NCBI RefSeq assembly: GCF_963921235.1
Contig: NC_086097.1
Span: 202,804,001 to 202,864,000, forward strand
From: Mobula hypostoma
Lineage: Eukaryota
Reading direction: 5' to 3'
Length of the DNA: 60,000 nucleotides
Positions 38,603 to 51,015 of the stretch are shown here, piece after piece. Positions within the stretch are counted from its first letter, which is position 1, and every line of letters starts with the position of its first letter. Under the pieces are notes generated by a model, which had not been told where the DNA came from, ran no database searches, and saw only the letters and a program-made list of their open reading frames with translations. A program made the translations under genes and the position numbers.

Positions 38603-40017
38603 AGAACAATTATAGGCAATTATAGACCAGTTAGTCTGACATCAGTGGTGGGGAAGATGCTGGAGTCAATTATAAAAGATGAAATAGCGGCATATTTGGA
38701 TATCAGTAGCAGGATAGGTCCGAGTCAGCATGGACTTACGAAGGGGAAATCATGCTTGACTGATCTTCTGGAATTTTTTGAGGATGTAACTCTGAAAATG
38801 GACATGGGAAAACCAGTGGATGTAGTGTACCTGGATTTTCAGAAAGCCTTTGATAAGGTCCCACATAGGAGGTTAGTGGGCAAAATTAGAGCACATGGTA
38901 TTGGGGGTAAGGCACTGACATGGATAGAAAATTGGTTGGCAGACAGGAAACAAAGAGTAGGGATTAACGGGTCCTTTTCAGAATGGCGGACAGTGACTAG
39001 TGGGGTACCGCAAGGCTCAGTGCTGGGACCGCAGCTATTTACAATATACATTAATTATTTAGATGAAGGGATTAAAAGTAATTAGCAAATTTGCAGATGG
39101 CACAAAGCTGGGTGACAATGTGAAATGTGAGGGGTTGTTATGAGAATGCAGGGTGAATTGGACAGGTTGGGTGAGTGGGCAGATGCATGGCAGATGCAGT
39201 TTAATGTGGATAAATGTGAGGTTATCCACTTTGGTGGCAAGAACAGGAAGGCAGATTACTATCTGAATGGTGTCAAGTTAGGAGAAGGGGAAGTACAACG
39301 AGATCTGGGTGTCCTTGTTCATCAGTCATTGAAGGTAAGCATACAGGTACAGCAGGCAGTGAAGAAAGCTAATGGCATGTTGGCCTTCATAACAAGGGGA
39401 GCTGAGTATAGGAGCAAAGAGGTCCTTCTGCAGTTGTACAAGACCCTGGTGAGACCCCACCTGGAGTATTGTGTGCAGTTTTGGTCTCCAAATTTGAGGG
39501 AGGACATTCTTGCTATGAAGGGAGTGCAGCAGAGGTTCACTGGGTTAATTCCAGGGATGGCGGGAATGTCATATGTTGAAAGATTGGAGTGACTGGGCTG
39601 GTATACACTGGAATTTAGAAGGATGAGAGGGGATCTGATTGAAACATATAAGATTATGAAGGGATTGGACATGCTAGAGCCAGGAAACATGTTCCCGATG
39701 TTGGGGGAGTCCAGAACCAGAGGCCACAGTTTAAGAATAAGGGGTAGACCATTTAGAATGGAGTTGAGGAAAAATTTTTTCAGACAGAGGGTTGTGGATC
39801 TGTGGAATTCTCTGTCTCAGAAGGCAGTGGAGACCAATTCTCTGGATTCTTTCAAGAAAGAGTTAGATAGAGCTCTTAGAGATAGCGGAGTCAAGGGATA
39901 TGGGGATAAGGCAGGAACAGAGTACTGATTGTGGATGATCGGCCATGATCACAGTGAATAGCGGTGCTGGCTCAAAGGGCCGAATGACCTACTCCTGTAC
40001 CTATTGCCTATTGTCTA
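38603..40017 (+). mobile_element. CR1 LINE, 5'-truncated young copy
   Basis: ORFs 38645-39085, 39140-39592, 39623-39928 with RT motifs; tail ctattgcctattgtcta. Confidence 0.95.
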
Positions 40018-40404
40018 AAACCATGCTGAACCATTAATCTGTCTAGTCCCATGGACATGCACCCAACCCATAGTCCTCCGTACCCCTCCCAACTACCCAG
40101 ATTTCTCTTAAATGTTGAAATTGAACCTGCATCCAAGACAATTTTCTACCTTCTGGAGAATGAAGACCCAACCTGTTCAACCTTTCCCTATAACTCAGGT
40201 CCTCAAGTCCTGGCAACATCCTTGTAAATTTTCTTTGCACTCTTTCAATCTTATTTACACCTTTCCTGTAAGTAGGTGACCAAACTTGCACACTATACTC
40301 CAAAGTAAGCCTTTCCAACGCCTTATACAATTTTAACGTAACATCCCAACTCCTGTACTAAATACATTGATTTATGAAGGCCATTGTGCCAGAAGTTTTC
40401 TTTC

Positions 40405-41117
40405 AAAGTTAAAGTAAATTAAGTTTATTATTAAAGTACATACTTGTCACCATATACAACCTTGAGATTTGTTTTCTTGTGGGCATACTCAGTAAATCCA
40501 GGAACCATACTAGAATCAATGAAACTCTGCACCCAACAGGTTGGACGAACAACCAATATGCAAAAAATGTGATACTGTGCAAATACAAAAGAGGGAAAAA
40601 ATTTAAAGTAAGTAACAATAATGATGATAAATAGGCAATAAATATCAAGAACGCGAGCTTAAGAGTCCTTGAAAGTTGTGGGAACAGTTCAGTGAAGGGG
40701 CAGGTGAAGTTCAGTGAAGTTATCCCAACTGGTTCAAGAGCCTGATGGTTGAGGGGGTAATAATTGTTCTTGAATGTTTTGCCGAATCTTCACAAACTTC
40801 TAACGAAGTAGAGGTACTGCCATGCTTTCTTCATAATTGCATGTATGTGCTGGGCCCAGAAAAAGTCTTCTGAAATGGTAACACTGAGGAATTTAAAGTT
40901 GCTGACCCTCTCCACCTCGATCCCTGATGAGGACTGGTTCATGGACTTCCTGTTTCCTCCTCCTGTAGTTAATAATCAGCTCTTTGATTTTGCTGTCATT
41001 AACTGAGAGGTTGTTGTTTTGGCATCACTCAGCCAGATTTTCTACCTCCCTCCTATATGTTGAGTCATCGGCATAAATAACTATGGCATTGGAACTGTGG
41101 CTACCCACATAGTCATA
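40405..41117 (-). mobile_element. Rex1/Babar-like LINE, deleted 3' piece
   Basis: HSSNAIVIYADDSTYRREVENLAE; antisense VERVSNFKFL; Rex tail. Confidence 0.8.
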
Positions 41118-42460
41118 AGTCTTTATGACCTGTGATGCCACATTCAAGGAATTATGGATCCATATTCCAAAATCCCTCTGTTTTACCACACTCCTTTGAG
41201 CCCTACTGTTCACCGTGTAAGACCTACCCTGGTTGGCCCTCATAAGGTCCAAATCTCACACTTATCTGCATTAAATTCCATTTATATTTTTCAGCCCATT
41301 TTTTCCAGCTGGTCCAGATCCCACTGCAAGTTTTGCTAGTCTTCCTCGCTGTCCACTACACCCCTAATCTTGGTCCCATCCGAAAATTGCTGATCCAATT
41401 TATCACATTATCATCCATATTGTTCATATAGATGACCAACAGCAACGGACTCAGCACGTGCGGCACACCACTAGTCACAGGCCTCCAGTTACAGAGACAG
41501 CCATTTACTACCACTTTGTGCCTTCTCCCGTGAAGCCAATATCTAATTCAGTTTAGTACCTCATCTTGAATGCCAAGCGAGTAAACCTTCTTGACCAAGC
41601 TCCATGTTTGACCTTGTCAAAGATCTTGCTAAAGTCCATGTAGACAACATCGACTGCCTTGCCTTCATCAATTTTCCTGGTAACTTTCTCGAAAAACTAT
41701 AAGAGTGGTTAGACACGACTTAGCACGCAGAAAGCTATGTTGACTATTCCGCATCAGTCCCTGCCCATCGAAATACTTATATATCCAGTCCCTTAAAGTA
41801 CTTTCCAATAACTTTCCCACTACTGATATTAGACTCACTAGCCTATAATTTCCTTGTTTATTCTTAGAGCCTTTCCTAAGCAACAGAACAACCTTAGGAC
41901 CTTCCAGTCTTCCAGCACCTCACCCGTGGCTAAGTATCTCTGCTAGGGGCTCTGCAATTTCTACACTAGCCTCCCAAAGAGTCCGAGGGAACACCTTGTT
42001 AGGCGTTGAGGATTTATCTGCCCAAATTTGCATCAAGACACCAAAAACTACCTCGGTAATCTGTAATGGGTCCATGACCTCACTGCTGCTTTGCCTCACT
42101 TCAGTAGACTCCGTGTCCATCTCTCAAGTACAGATGCAAAAGATCCATTTAAGATCTCCGCCATCTCTTTATACTCTACGCATAGATTACCACCCTGATC
42201 TTCAGAGGGCTAATTTTGACCCTTGCTATCGTTTTGTTCTTAATACAAATGGTATATCTGTGGAAACCCTTAGGATACTCCTTCACCTTGTCTGCGAGAG
42301 CAAATTCATGCCTCCTTTGAGCCCTCCTGATTTCCTTCATAAGTGTTACCTTGTATTTCTTATACTCCGAAAGTACCTCCTTTGTTCCTACCTGCCTATA
42401 CCTGCGAGGCGCCTTTTCTTTTTCTTAACCAGTGCCTGTGTACATATATCTATTGATGCT

Positions 42461-42578
42461 TCTGGACACATCTTCAGTGATATTCCTGGAATCATCGGGT
42501 GTTTTGGGTCTTTCAACATCATACAACCTCCTCCAGGTGACCCAGCTGGGGCTGATCAGACCCCAGCTTGTGTCCAGA
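42461..42578 (-). ncRNA. Structured 3'UTR RNA with rearranged hammerhead-like core
   Basis: Six complementary pairings plus CUGAAGA, (G>A)AAAC and GUA placed at stem junctions. Confidence 0.5.
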
Positions 42579-42597
42579 TGGCTAGCTACTTATGACT

Positions 42598-42994
42598 TCA
42601 TGGCTGCCCTCTTTTGAGCCACAGCCATCCTGAGGCCCTCTCTGCTGCATCGGTGGTACTGCGGATGGCTCTCCTCTTCCTCTCTCCCTCGATGCCCAAA
42701 ATGCTGAAGGCTCTAACTAAAGAATGGGCTACGTATCCCCTACAACCAACCTCCACTGGGAGACACCTCGCCCTCCATCCAGTCTGCTGACAGTTGCTGA
42801 CCAGTCCTGTGTACTTGAAGAGCTTCCTTTCAAAGGCCTCCTCCAAGCGATCTTCCCATGGGACTGTCAGCTCCAGCAGCACCACTTCCTTAGTAGACTC
42901 AGACACTAGGACAATGTCTGGTCGCAGGGTGGTGGCTGCGATATGGTTGGGGAACTTCAGCTGCCCTTCGAGGTCCACCAACAGCTGCCAGTCC
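42598..42994 (-). CDS. Restriction-like (PD-D/ExK) endonuclease domain, 5'-truncated, open frame
   Basis: LRPDIVLVS..LLELTVPWE..ERKLFKY..VEVGCRG..AERASGWLW. Confidence 0.85.
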
Positions 42995-43282
42995 CTTTTT
43001 CTTAACCAGTGCCTCAATCTCTCTTGAAAACCGAGGTTCCCTAAACTTGTTATCCTTGCTGTTTATTCTTATGTCTCTTGCCTTTCTGCCTTCAATATTT
43101 TTACATCATTAATGCTGGGTATTTATTTTTTAGTCTTTTGCATCAACATTATCTGTATTAAAGTAATGTATGATTCATTTTATTGTTTAATTTCAGTATA
43201 TTATTTAGCAGGATAATTTGCGAAGTAGTATTTGAACGACAAAGCAACATAATTTGTAATTTTTCAACTTTGTTTTTGGCAG

Positions 43283-43487
43283 GCAGAAACTTGACGTGCA
43301 AGGTGAAAGAACTTCTGTTATTTTGTGCACTTACTTCAGTCAGAAGATATTTTCAAAACATGTTGCTGGAATCGGAGTTAAAAATTGCTCCCCTGAAAAG
43401 TTACCTGTGTCCAAAAAATCCTCAATATCTTTAGCTGTGAAATTTAACCTCGCTGATGCAAGACAGAAACATTGTTTAACTGATCAG
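43283..43487 (+). CDS. Putative internal exon of an unidentified gene (QKLDVQGERTSV...KHCLTDQ)
   Basis: Acceptor ttttcaactttgtttttggcag, 68 open codons, donor CAG|gtgaac, ends in phase 0, non-repeat sequence. Confidence 0.6.
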
Positions 43488-44159
43488 GTGAACTTCCATG
43501 CATTTCTGCTTTTTTTACAATTATTTTTATTAAGAGATAAAATATTACTGGCAAGAAGTAAACCAATCCGTTTAGTCAAGCCATTCTGTCCATTTTGTTG
43601 AAAAATCCTCCCAATATCTAATGTTAGATGAACACAAATTATTGATCAGCAAAGAAGTTGTGCATTTCTTGCATAGCACATTACTTCATTTCCCTTAGTG
43701 TACTGTTACATGCTGAAATTTTAACAGTTCTTAATAGATCTAGAAATGGACTATGCTTTAAACTGAGCTTTAATTTTGCTTTGGACTGGTGGTGCCTAAA
43801 CTATGGTCAGAGACCTAACCAAATCTTGGTTTGGATGATTTAACAAGAAGTTCTGATATTCAGTAGTATATCAGGCAGAGTACAGTCTCTTCGGCTCTCA
43901 GTGTGTGCTGTCATGCGGTGTGGGAGATCATTGCATGATGGTCATTACTTTCCTAATTTTCCAGAGTTATAAACAGGAGCTGTGAGTGGAATAAAAGACA
44001 GGGATAGGACCTCCTGGGAGGGTATAGGGAAAAATAATGGAGCGTGACAGGGACGGAGGAGATGATAGGACAGGAGGTACAGTATACTAGATAACAAAGA
44101 AGAACTCCAGGACACTAGCTCATGCCCTCATCTGGGTGTTGTCAGGATTCCTAAACACA

Positions 44160-44663
44160 GTAAAGACCATAGGACTCCATAGAACCGTAAGACCATAAGA
44201 TTCCCAAGTCCCTTTGCTTCACTGATTTCTGAATTTGCTCCTCACTTAGAAAATAGTCTGAGCCTTTATTCCCTCAACCAAAATGCATGACCACATTCTT
44301 TCCTACACTATATTCCATCTGCCACTTTTCCCATTCTCTTAAACTGTGAAAGTCCTTCTGCAGACTCCCTGCTTCCTCAACATGAGTTGCCTTTCCATGT
44401 ATCTTCATATCATCCGCAAACCTGACCACAAAGCTATCAGTTCTGTCATCCAAGTCATTGACATATAACAAAAAAAGAAGTGGTCTCAACACCAACCCCA
44501 GCAGAACACCACTATTCACCAGCAGCCAACCAGAAAAAGCTCCCTTTATTCCCATTCTTTGCTTCCTGCCAGTTAGCCAATCTTCTATCCATGCTAGCAT
44601 CTGTCCTGTTATACCAATCGTCTCTTCTCTCGTTTAGCCATCCCATGTGCAGCACCTGGTCAA
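44160..44663 (-). mobile_element. CR1 fragment (tail joined to RT)
   Basis: WIEDWLTGRKQR, RFADDMK. Confidence 0.8.
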
Positions 44664-45144
44664 AAATAATGCGCGGTGACATAAAGAAAATTGAATAATT
44701 ATTATTATCATCAAAATAAGAATATTATTATCAAAAATATAATGATAGATATAATTTTCCCTTAACAGCCCCTCTGATTCCTGGAATCTTTTGCAACGGC
44801 CGTAAAGAAATAGTACAGGCTTAAGTATAGACTGAAACAAGAAAATATTACAACTCTATTTGATGAATCGTACCATTTCCCTCAGAGCTTTTTTGCAAAT
44901 TTTCAGTCACATTGTCAAAATTGATTGACAAGAGACATGAGAGGCAACTTTTTTATATACAGGATGGTGAGGAGATTGGACAAGCTTCAAGAAGAAAAAG
45001 TCTCAGCAGTTGCAATATTATTTAAAAGGCACATAGAGCTGCTGGGCTTGGAGGGATATGGGCTAAGTGCAGGAAATTGGGACCAGCTGGGCGCCATTGT
45101 TGGCATGGACTCCTTGGGCTGGAAGGAGCTGTATAAAGTATTGT

Positions 45145-45471
45145 GAGAAAGTCTTCAGCACTCCAGATTATTTATATGGTTTCAGATGGTACAGACTCAA
45201 CAGAAATCTGATCTCAACATCATTGAGGATGTTTGGGATTTCCTGGAGAGGCAGAATCAAGTGAGACAGCCAATGTCTGTGGCAAGTTCTCCAAGATGCT
45301 TGGGACAACTTACTAGCCAATTTTCTTATAAAATGGCATAACACTGCAAGAGAATTAATGCAGTTTTAAAGGCAAAGGGAGATCACACCAAATATTGATT
45401 TGATTTATTTTTGAAAGCATCTTCGCTTTATATATTTTTTTTACATGTGCCTGAGACTTTTGCACAGTACT
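45145..45471. mobile_element. Tc1-type MITE, partial
   Basis: Homologous to 16499-16859; ends gagacttttgcacagtactg followed by ta. Confidence 0.7.
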
Positions 45472-46313
45472 GTAGAACATAGAACAGGACAGCACAGGAA
45501 CAGGCCCTTCGGCCCACAATTCTGTGCCGGGCCAATTAAATTAGTAATCAAATGGCCAACTAAACTAATCCCTTCTGCCTGCACAATATCAATATCCTTC
45601 CATTTTCCTGTATCTATGCTGTATTGCTGTAGGTCTCGATGATTCTAAGTATATCTCACATGGCACTTGAATTCAGCCATGTTGTGTTAAATTTAAGTGA
45701 AAATACCGAGCCTGTTTAACCAGAAATTGGACTCATTTGTGTATTGAATACATAAATTGTGGAAATAAAGCTTTTGTGCATGTTTTCATGGAATGGCCCC
45801 TTTGAATGCTGGTCCTTGGGAAAATGAATCAAGTACTTTCCTCTTGTAATTCATTGTAATTTAATTTCTTTTATACAATGACATCATCAGTATACATTAA
45901 ATTCAAAAGCAACTCACTCAGAGAGTGTACTTTCTTAGCACTGGTTTCCTGTGAATTAGTATCCAAGTCGTGTGACAATCACCTGCTTAATCTTCTATGA
46001 AAATCCCAATTTTGCAGGTTTTTTGTGACACTCAATGGTGTAAAGATAAAACATAGCATATTAACATTTAATATATCAAAATTAATTGAAATCCAATTTC
46101 AAAGCAACTATCCAACATTTTCAAATTTCATTCTCCCCTGCCCCCCCATGTGTACATAATCCTTGCTATTGCTATTTGAGTATCCTGGGAAAACTGGTGC
46201 ATTTTGCAGATTGCATTGTTTCCTTGCTTTGTTATCTATTTTTGATCAAAAGTACACTGATATCTTCGTCTTGAATGTTAATCAATTGTTAATGATTTTC
46301 TTTTACAAAACAG

Positions 46314-46603
46314 GGAATTGCACTAACTACAGAGAATACACAAAGTGTATTATCAATAAGCCAACAAGAGAAACCAATACAGGTGTTGGATCTTGAACAT
46401 AATTTTTTGGCCAATAGTGTATGTGACTCATTACTTGAAGTAATTGAAAACCAGGGAGCAGCAGGATGGGGAAAGAAAAATCTGAAAGTTGTTATTCAGA
46501 GAGTATACTGCCTTCCTGTAAAAGATATTCTCCACAATCAACTGATCAGAAGCAACCACACAGATCATTCCCTGTGTTCAAACATGGGTCAACAAAATGC
46601 AAG
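46314..46603 (+). CDS. Putative internal exon of the same gene (GIALTTENTQ...MGQQNA)
   Basis: Acceptor ttttcttttacaaaacag, 290 nt open, consensus donor AAG|gtaagt; phase 0 in, phase 2 out. Confidence 0.7.
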
Positions 46604-46842
46604 GTAAGTGTTGGATTCAATATTAAGTACGTTATTTTTGTTGATGAAGTGGTGAGGGAGGTGGGGTTTGAAATTCATGCACCATTAAACTGAACAATAC
46701 AAAAATCATTTTGTATTAACATGGTGTAAAATCAAAATAAAATAATGATGAGCTGATGAGTAGGTAGTGACATCACTAAGCTTGGGTTTCAGAACCCTGA
46801 ATTTGTAGAAGAAAGTAAAGAATGAAGGAGTTAAGAGGACAT

Positions 46843-47395
46843 CGAACATAGAAATCTATAGCACATTACAGGCCCTTCGGCCCACAATGTTATGCCAACC
46901 ATATAACCTACTCTAGAAACTGCCTCGAAATTCCCTACTGCATAGCCCTCTATTTTTCTAAGCTCCATGTACCTACCTAAGTCTCTTTAAAAACCCTATT
47001 GTATCCACCTCTACCACCATCGCTGGCAGTGCATTCTTCGCACCCACCCCTCTCTGTGTGAAAAACTTACCTCTGACATGCCCCTTGTACCTACTTGCAA
47101 ACACCTTAAAACTCTGCCCCCTTGCGTTAGCCATTTCAGCCCAGGGATAAAGCTTCTGGTTATCCACACGATCAATGCCTCTCATCATCTTATACACCTA
47201 TACCAGGTCACCTCTCATCCTCTGTCACTCCAAGAAGAAAAGGACAAGTTCACGAGTTCAAAAGGCATGCTCTCCAATCCAGGCAACATTCTTGTAAATT
47301 TCCTCTGCACTCTCTGTTGTATCCACATCCTTCCTGTAGTGAAGTGACCAGAACTGAATACAGTACTCCAGGTGGGGTCTAACTAAAGTCTTATA
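46843..47395 (-). mobile_element. CR1 3' fragment
   Basis: YKMMRGIDRVD, FFTQRGV; tail gaacatagaaatcta. Confidence 0.85.
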
Positions 47396-47439
47396 TTACT
47401 TTAAGAGGTTCATTCTTGTAACGTTCTAGTAATGCAACT

Positions 47440-47822
47440 TGCCGTAGTGAAGATATGTCTCTACCCAAGAGGTGTAGGCGCTCCTTCTCTCCTCTAGCCT
47501 GCAGGTCACCCATGGGTAAGGTGTAGCACCTGCTTAGACCCCTGATCAGGGTTGTGAAGCCATGGGCACAGGTGGTGGATTATCATATCAGCAGCTGGTA
47601 CATAACCAGAAGTCCTGGTTGTGCAACCATTGACGCTAGGCAATCTCTGAAGAGTATTGATAATGGCTGGGGTTACCATCTTGTAAAGACACTGCCCAGA
47701 AGAAGGCAATGGCAAACCACTTCTGTAGAAGAAATTGCCAAGAACAATCATGGTTATGGATAGAGAAGGAAGACCATGATAGGCCGTGTTATACGACATG
47801 GCACATAATGATGGTGATGATT
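47440..47822 (+). mobile_element. RTE/BovB-related non-autonomous element
   Basis: agaagaaggcaatggcaaaccacttc motif and (tga)n-like tail. Confidence 0.55.
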
Positions 47823-48119
47823 AATGCAAAACTGTGAACAGTTTCCTGAATATGATCATTCATTTCCATAGCAAGACAATATAACATAAATTTAGTGAAA
47901 ATCTAACCGAACTGGAATCTACACAAGAACAATTAGTTCAGTTCTGTTGTCATAATTTATCACACAGAACAAGCACATTAAGTCCATCTTCTCTGTATAA
48001 TCCAACTAAAACAGGTATTATAACGGAGACTGTCCTTGGTAAATAGGCCAAATCTGCCTGTATCTGAATCAGTATTTGATCAGTGGGAAGCATTCAAAAG
48101 AAAATATAATGTAAAACTA

Positions 48120-50148
48120 AACCAGTTTATTTGCCAAAGGGACATGAACTACACTTGCCAAAAGGAAGTAAGCCACAGACAACTAAAGAGATAAGGGCAC
48201 TTAAAGCTAAAAGAAACAGCATGTAGAAAGGCAGAAACCAGCAAAACTTCAATTGATTGTATGAACTATAAACAACTTTGAAAGGGCACAAACCTGAGCT
48301 ACAAAAAGATATTGTGGAAAGAAACTTGCAATCAATTTTAAAATCTACACTGAAAGGTTTTACAATTATAGTAGGAAAAAAAGTGTGGTTAGGGCAGTGT
48401 GAGCCTTTTAAATGCCATTAACAGTAAAATTGTAAATGCAATTAAGAAACCGATGAATCTATGAAATGGTTACTGGGTCAGTATTGATATTAGACGAAAA
48501 GGAAAGCCTCTCATACATCCTATGGCAATTAACGTCAAAGCAGAATGAAAACTTATCAAAGGAAAGTAATGGCATTAAAGAGAGAAAATACTCAGGGCCA
48601 GGAGGTTTACATTATAGGATGTTGAAGGATGCCTTACAAATAATTTTCCAAAATTTCCTTTTGAGAATTGCTCTTTCAAAGTAGAAAATCGTGTTTGGCA
48701 CGTTACTATTTAAGAAGTATAAGAGTAAAAAATTAGGAAATTATTGCCACTTACCAGTTTCTGGAGTCAATGTTCCAGATTATGCTTAATTTTGCAGTTA
48801 CCATTGGAACCCACCAGTGTTTGGTCATTTAAATTCTCTTAGTCCTGAACGTGACTGCATGCTGTGAAATGGAAATGGCTGGGACTTGCTAACAGATTTG
48901 GAGGATCCTTTTGTGAAAGGAAGGTCTTAAGGTAAATAAGTCATCTGGACCAGATGGACTACACTGCAGGGTTCTGAAGGAGGTGGATGAAAAGATTATG
49001 TAGACATTAGTAGTGATCTTTCCAGAATCACTAGATTCTGGGTTTCGGAGGACTAAAAAATTGCAAATGTCACTCCAACCTTTAAGAAGGGGGGAGGGCA
49101 CAAAAGGAAGGAAATTATAGGCAATTTAAAGTGAATTAAGTGGTTGTGAAGATGTTGGAGTCCACTATGGACGAGGTTTCAGGTTGCTTGGAGGCACATG
49201 ATAATAGGCCGAAGTCAGCATAGTTTTCTTAAGGGGAAATCTTGCCTGACTATCTGTTGGAATTCTTTGAGGAAGTAACAGGCAAGGTAAACAAAGGAGA
49301 GTCAGTGGATGTTGTTTACTTGGATTTATAGAAGGTGTTTAAAAAAAAGCAGAATACTTCCCCATTAAAGTTTCAAAGAAAGAAAAATCAAACACCGAAT
49401 CTACTAATTACTTTCAAAAACCGAATCTACTACTTAATTACTTGTGTTCAGTGTAATATAATAGCCCAGCTTTGTTTAGTTTTGTTTAGTTCAGTTTTTG
49501 GTTCAGTTTAGTTTAGTTTCTTTTTATTTTGGGGTTTTTTTTCCTTGATAATTTTTCATTTTTCTTTTTATCAGGTTTAATTATGTTAAGAGTTTGGGAG
49601 GCCTAATATACTTGTTTTATCTGTAGTTTTTACTTGCATATGTCAGTTCCAATAATGTAATCCCAATCTCTTTGTATTAGTATTGTTGCTATGTTTATTA
49701 ATTTGAAAATTAATAAAAAGATTAAAAAAGAAGGATTTATAGAAGGCCTTTAACTAGGTGCCGCACATGAGGCTTCTGAACAAGATAAGAGCCCATGGTG
49801 TTTGTGTTCAATTTTGCCATTCCACCACCCTCTTCCACAAACCCCAACGAGATATTTTAGAATAAAAACAGAAACCACTGGAAATAGAAACAGAGATGAG
49901 GAGAAATTTCAATAGTCAGAGGGAGGTATCTGTGGAATTCATTGCCACAGATGGTTATGGAGGCAAAATCATTGGGTATATTTAAAGCAGAGTTTGTTAG
50001 GTTCTTGATTAGTAAGGGTGTTAAAGGTTAAGGGGAGAAGGCAGGAGAATGAGATTGTGAAAGAGGTAATAAATCAGCCATGGTATAATGGTGTAGCAGA
50101 CCGGATGGGCCAAAAGGCCTAATTCTGCTCCTGTGTCTGATGGTCTAA
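48120..50148 (+). mobile_element. CR1 fragments (old, plus younger 48890-50148)
   Basis: aagtcatctggaccagatgg, ggggaaatcttgcctgac, CR1 3' end. Confidence 0.75.
49336..49732 (+). mobile_element. L1-like 3' end insertion with 14-bp TSD
   Basis: TSD ggatttatagaagg at 49322-49335 and 49733-49746; T-rich UTR, aataaa and A-rich tail. Confidence 0.7.
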
Positions 50149-50741
50149 TACAATGGCTCAGTATTTGTCATTCATGATTCTTACTTCAGCAATGCAACAT
50201 CTATTTGCTGTTAAAAATAAACATATTCCTCATTTCACTTTTTTTTAACTAATTTTCTCTTAATTATATGTGTCCTCTTTCCTCCACTTCTTTATCACTT
50301 CATAAATAGGAACTATTTCACTCTATTCTCTCTCAAACCTAAATAGTTTTAAATATTTCTGTCAGATTTCCTCACAAGATTCTCAGTTCCAAGGCAAGCA
50401 CTTATAGTTCCCCTCCCTCTCCCATCTAGGCACATAAACATTGTCCCTCATCCATGGAATCATTAAGATAAATTTTTTAAACATATATTTCCTAAATTAA
50501 TAATGGAAAACACACAAACAGATGTTGTGAGTAATATCCCAGAAATAGTTGTGAATTGAGAAGTGTGAGGGATTTGCTCAAGAAAAAAACAATCAGGAGA
50601 TAAGTGGTACTGAACAAAATGTTGGAGCTATTGGTTGAAGTGTCTCTGGCCATCCTGGGGTCTAAATGAGATGACTGTTGAAAGATTTGATTTGCTGGCT
50701 TTAGATTTCCAATATTCTCAAGAATTGTAGAAGGCTTAGAG

Positions 50742-50843
50742 AAACACACACACAAAATACAGGAGGAACTGAACAGGCCCTGGAGCATTTAAGAAGAGGG
50801 AGAAAAGGTCGACATTTTAGAATGAAACTCTTCATCAGTCCTG
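50742..50843 (-). mobile_element. Penelope pLTR fragment with degenerate hammerhead motif
   Basis: acacacacaaaatacaggaggaact..gtcgacatttt..ttcatcag. Confidence 0.6.
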
Positions 50844-51015
50844 TTGGGAGCAAGTTGAGTAATTGTGCCCACTAAAATCAAGTCCATTATTTAATTTATA
50901 TTTAGAAAAGCAATGATCATGGTACCAACTCCTAGGCTATTATATTTTACGCTTGTTTCTGACCACTGCTACTCTCCCTTACAAAGCACTCCTTCGCTCA
51001 ACATTTGGAAAATTG

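Larger units (their letters stand above)
42438..42994 (-). mobile_element. HERO-clade-like non-LTR retrotransposon 3' end with 20-bp TSD
   Basis: TSD ctttttcttaaccagtgcct at 42418-42437 and 42995-43014; restriction-like endonuclease ORF. Confidence 0.88.
38553..43075 (-). mobile_element. CR1 LINE host (3' tail to ORF2 middle) with three nested insertions
   Basis: Tail catagagtcatag..ggcccatc continues at 40018; ORFs LEYSVQVWSP, GNYRLVSL..SQHSF, KVFPRTL. Confidence 0.85.

Noticed and set aside
41996..42595. 199-aa + strand ORF
   Set aside because: Runs antisense across the CR1 and the HERO 3'UTR junction; chance open frame.
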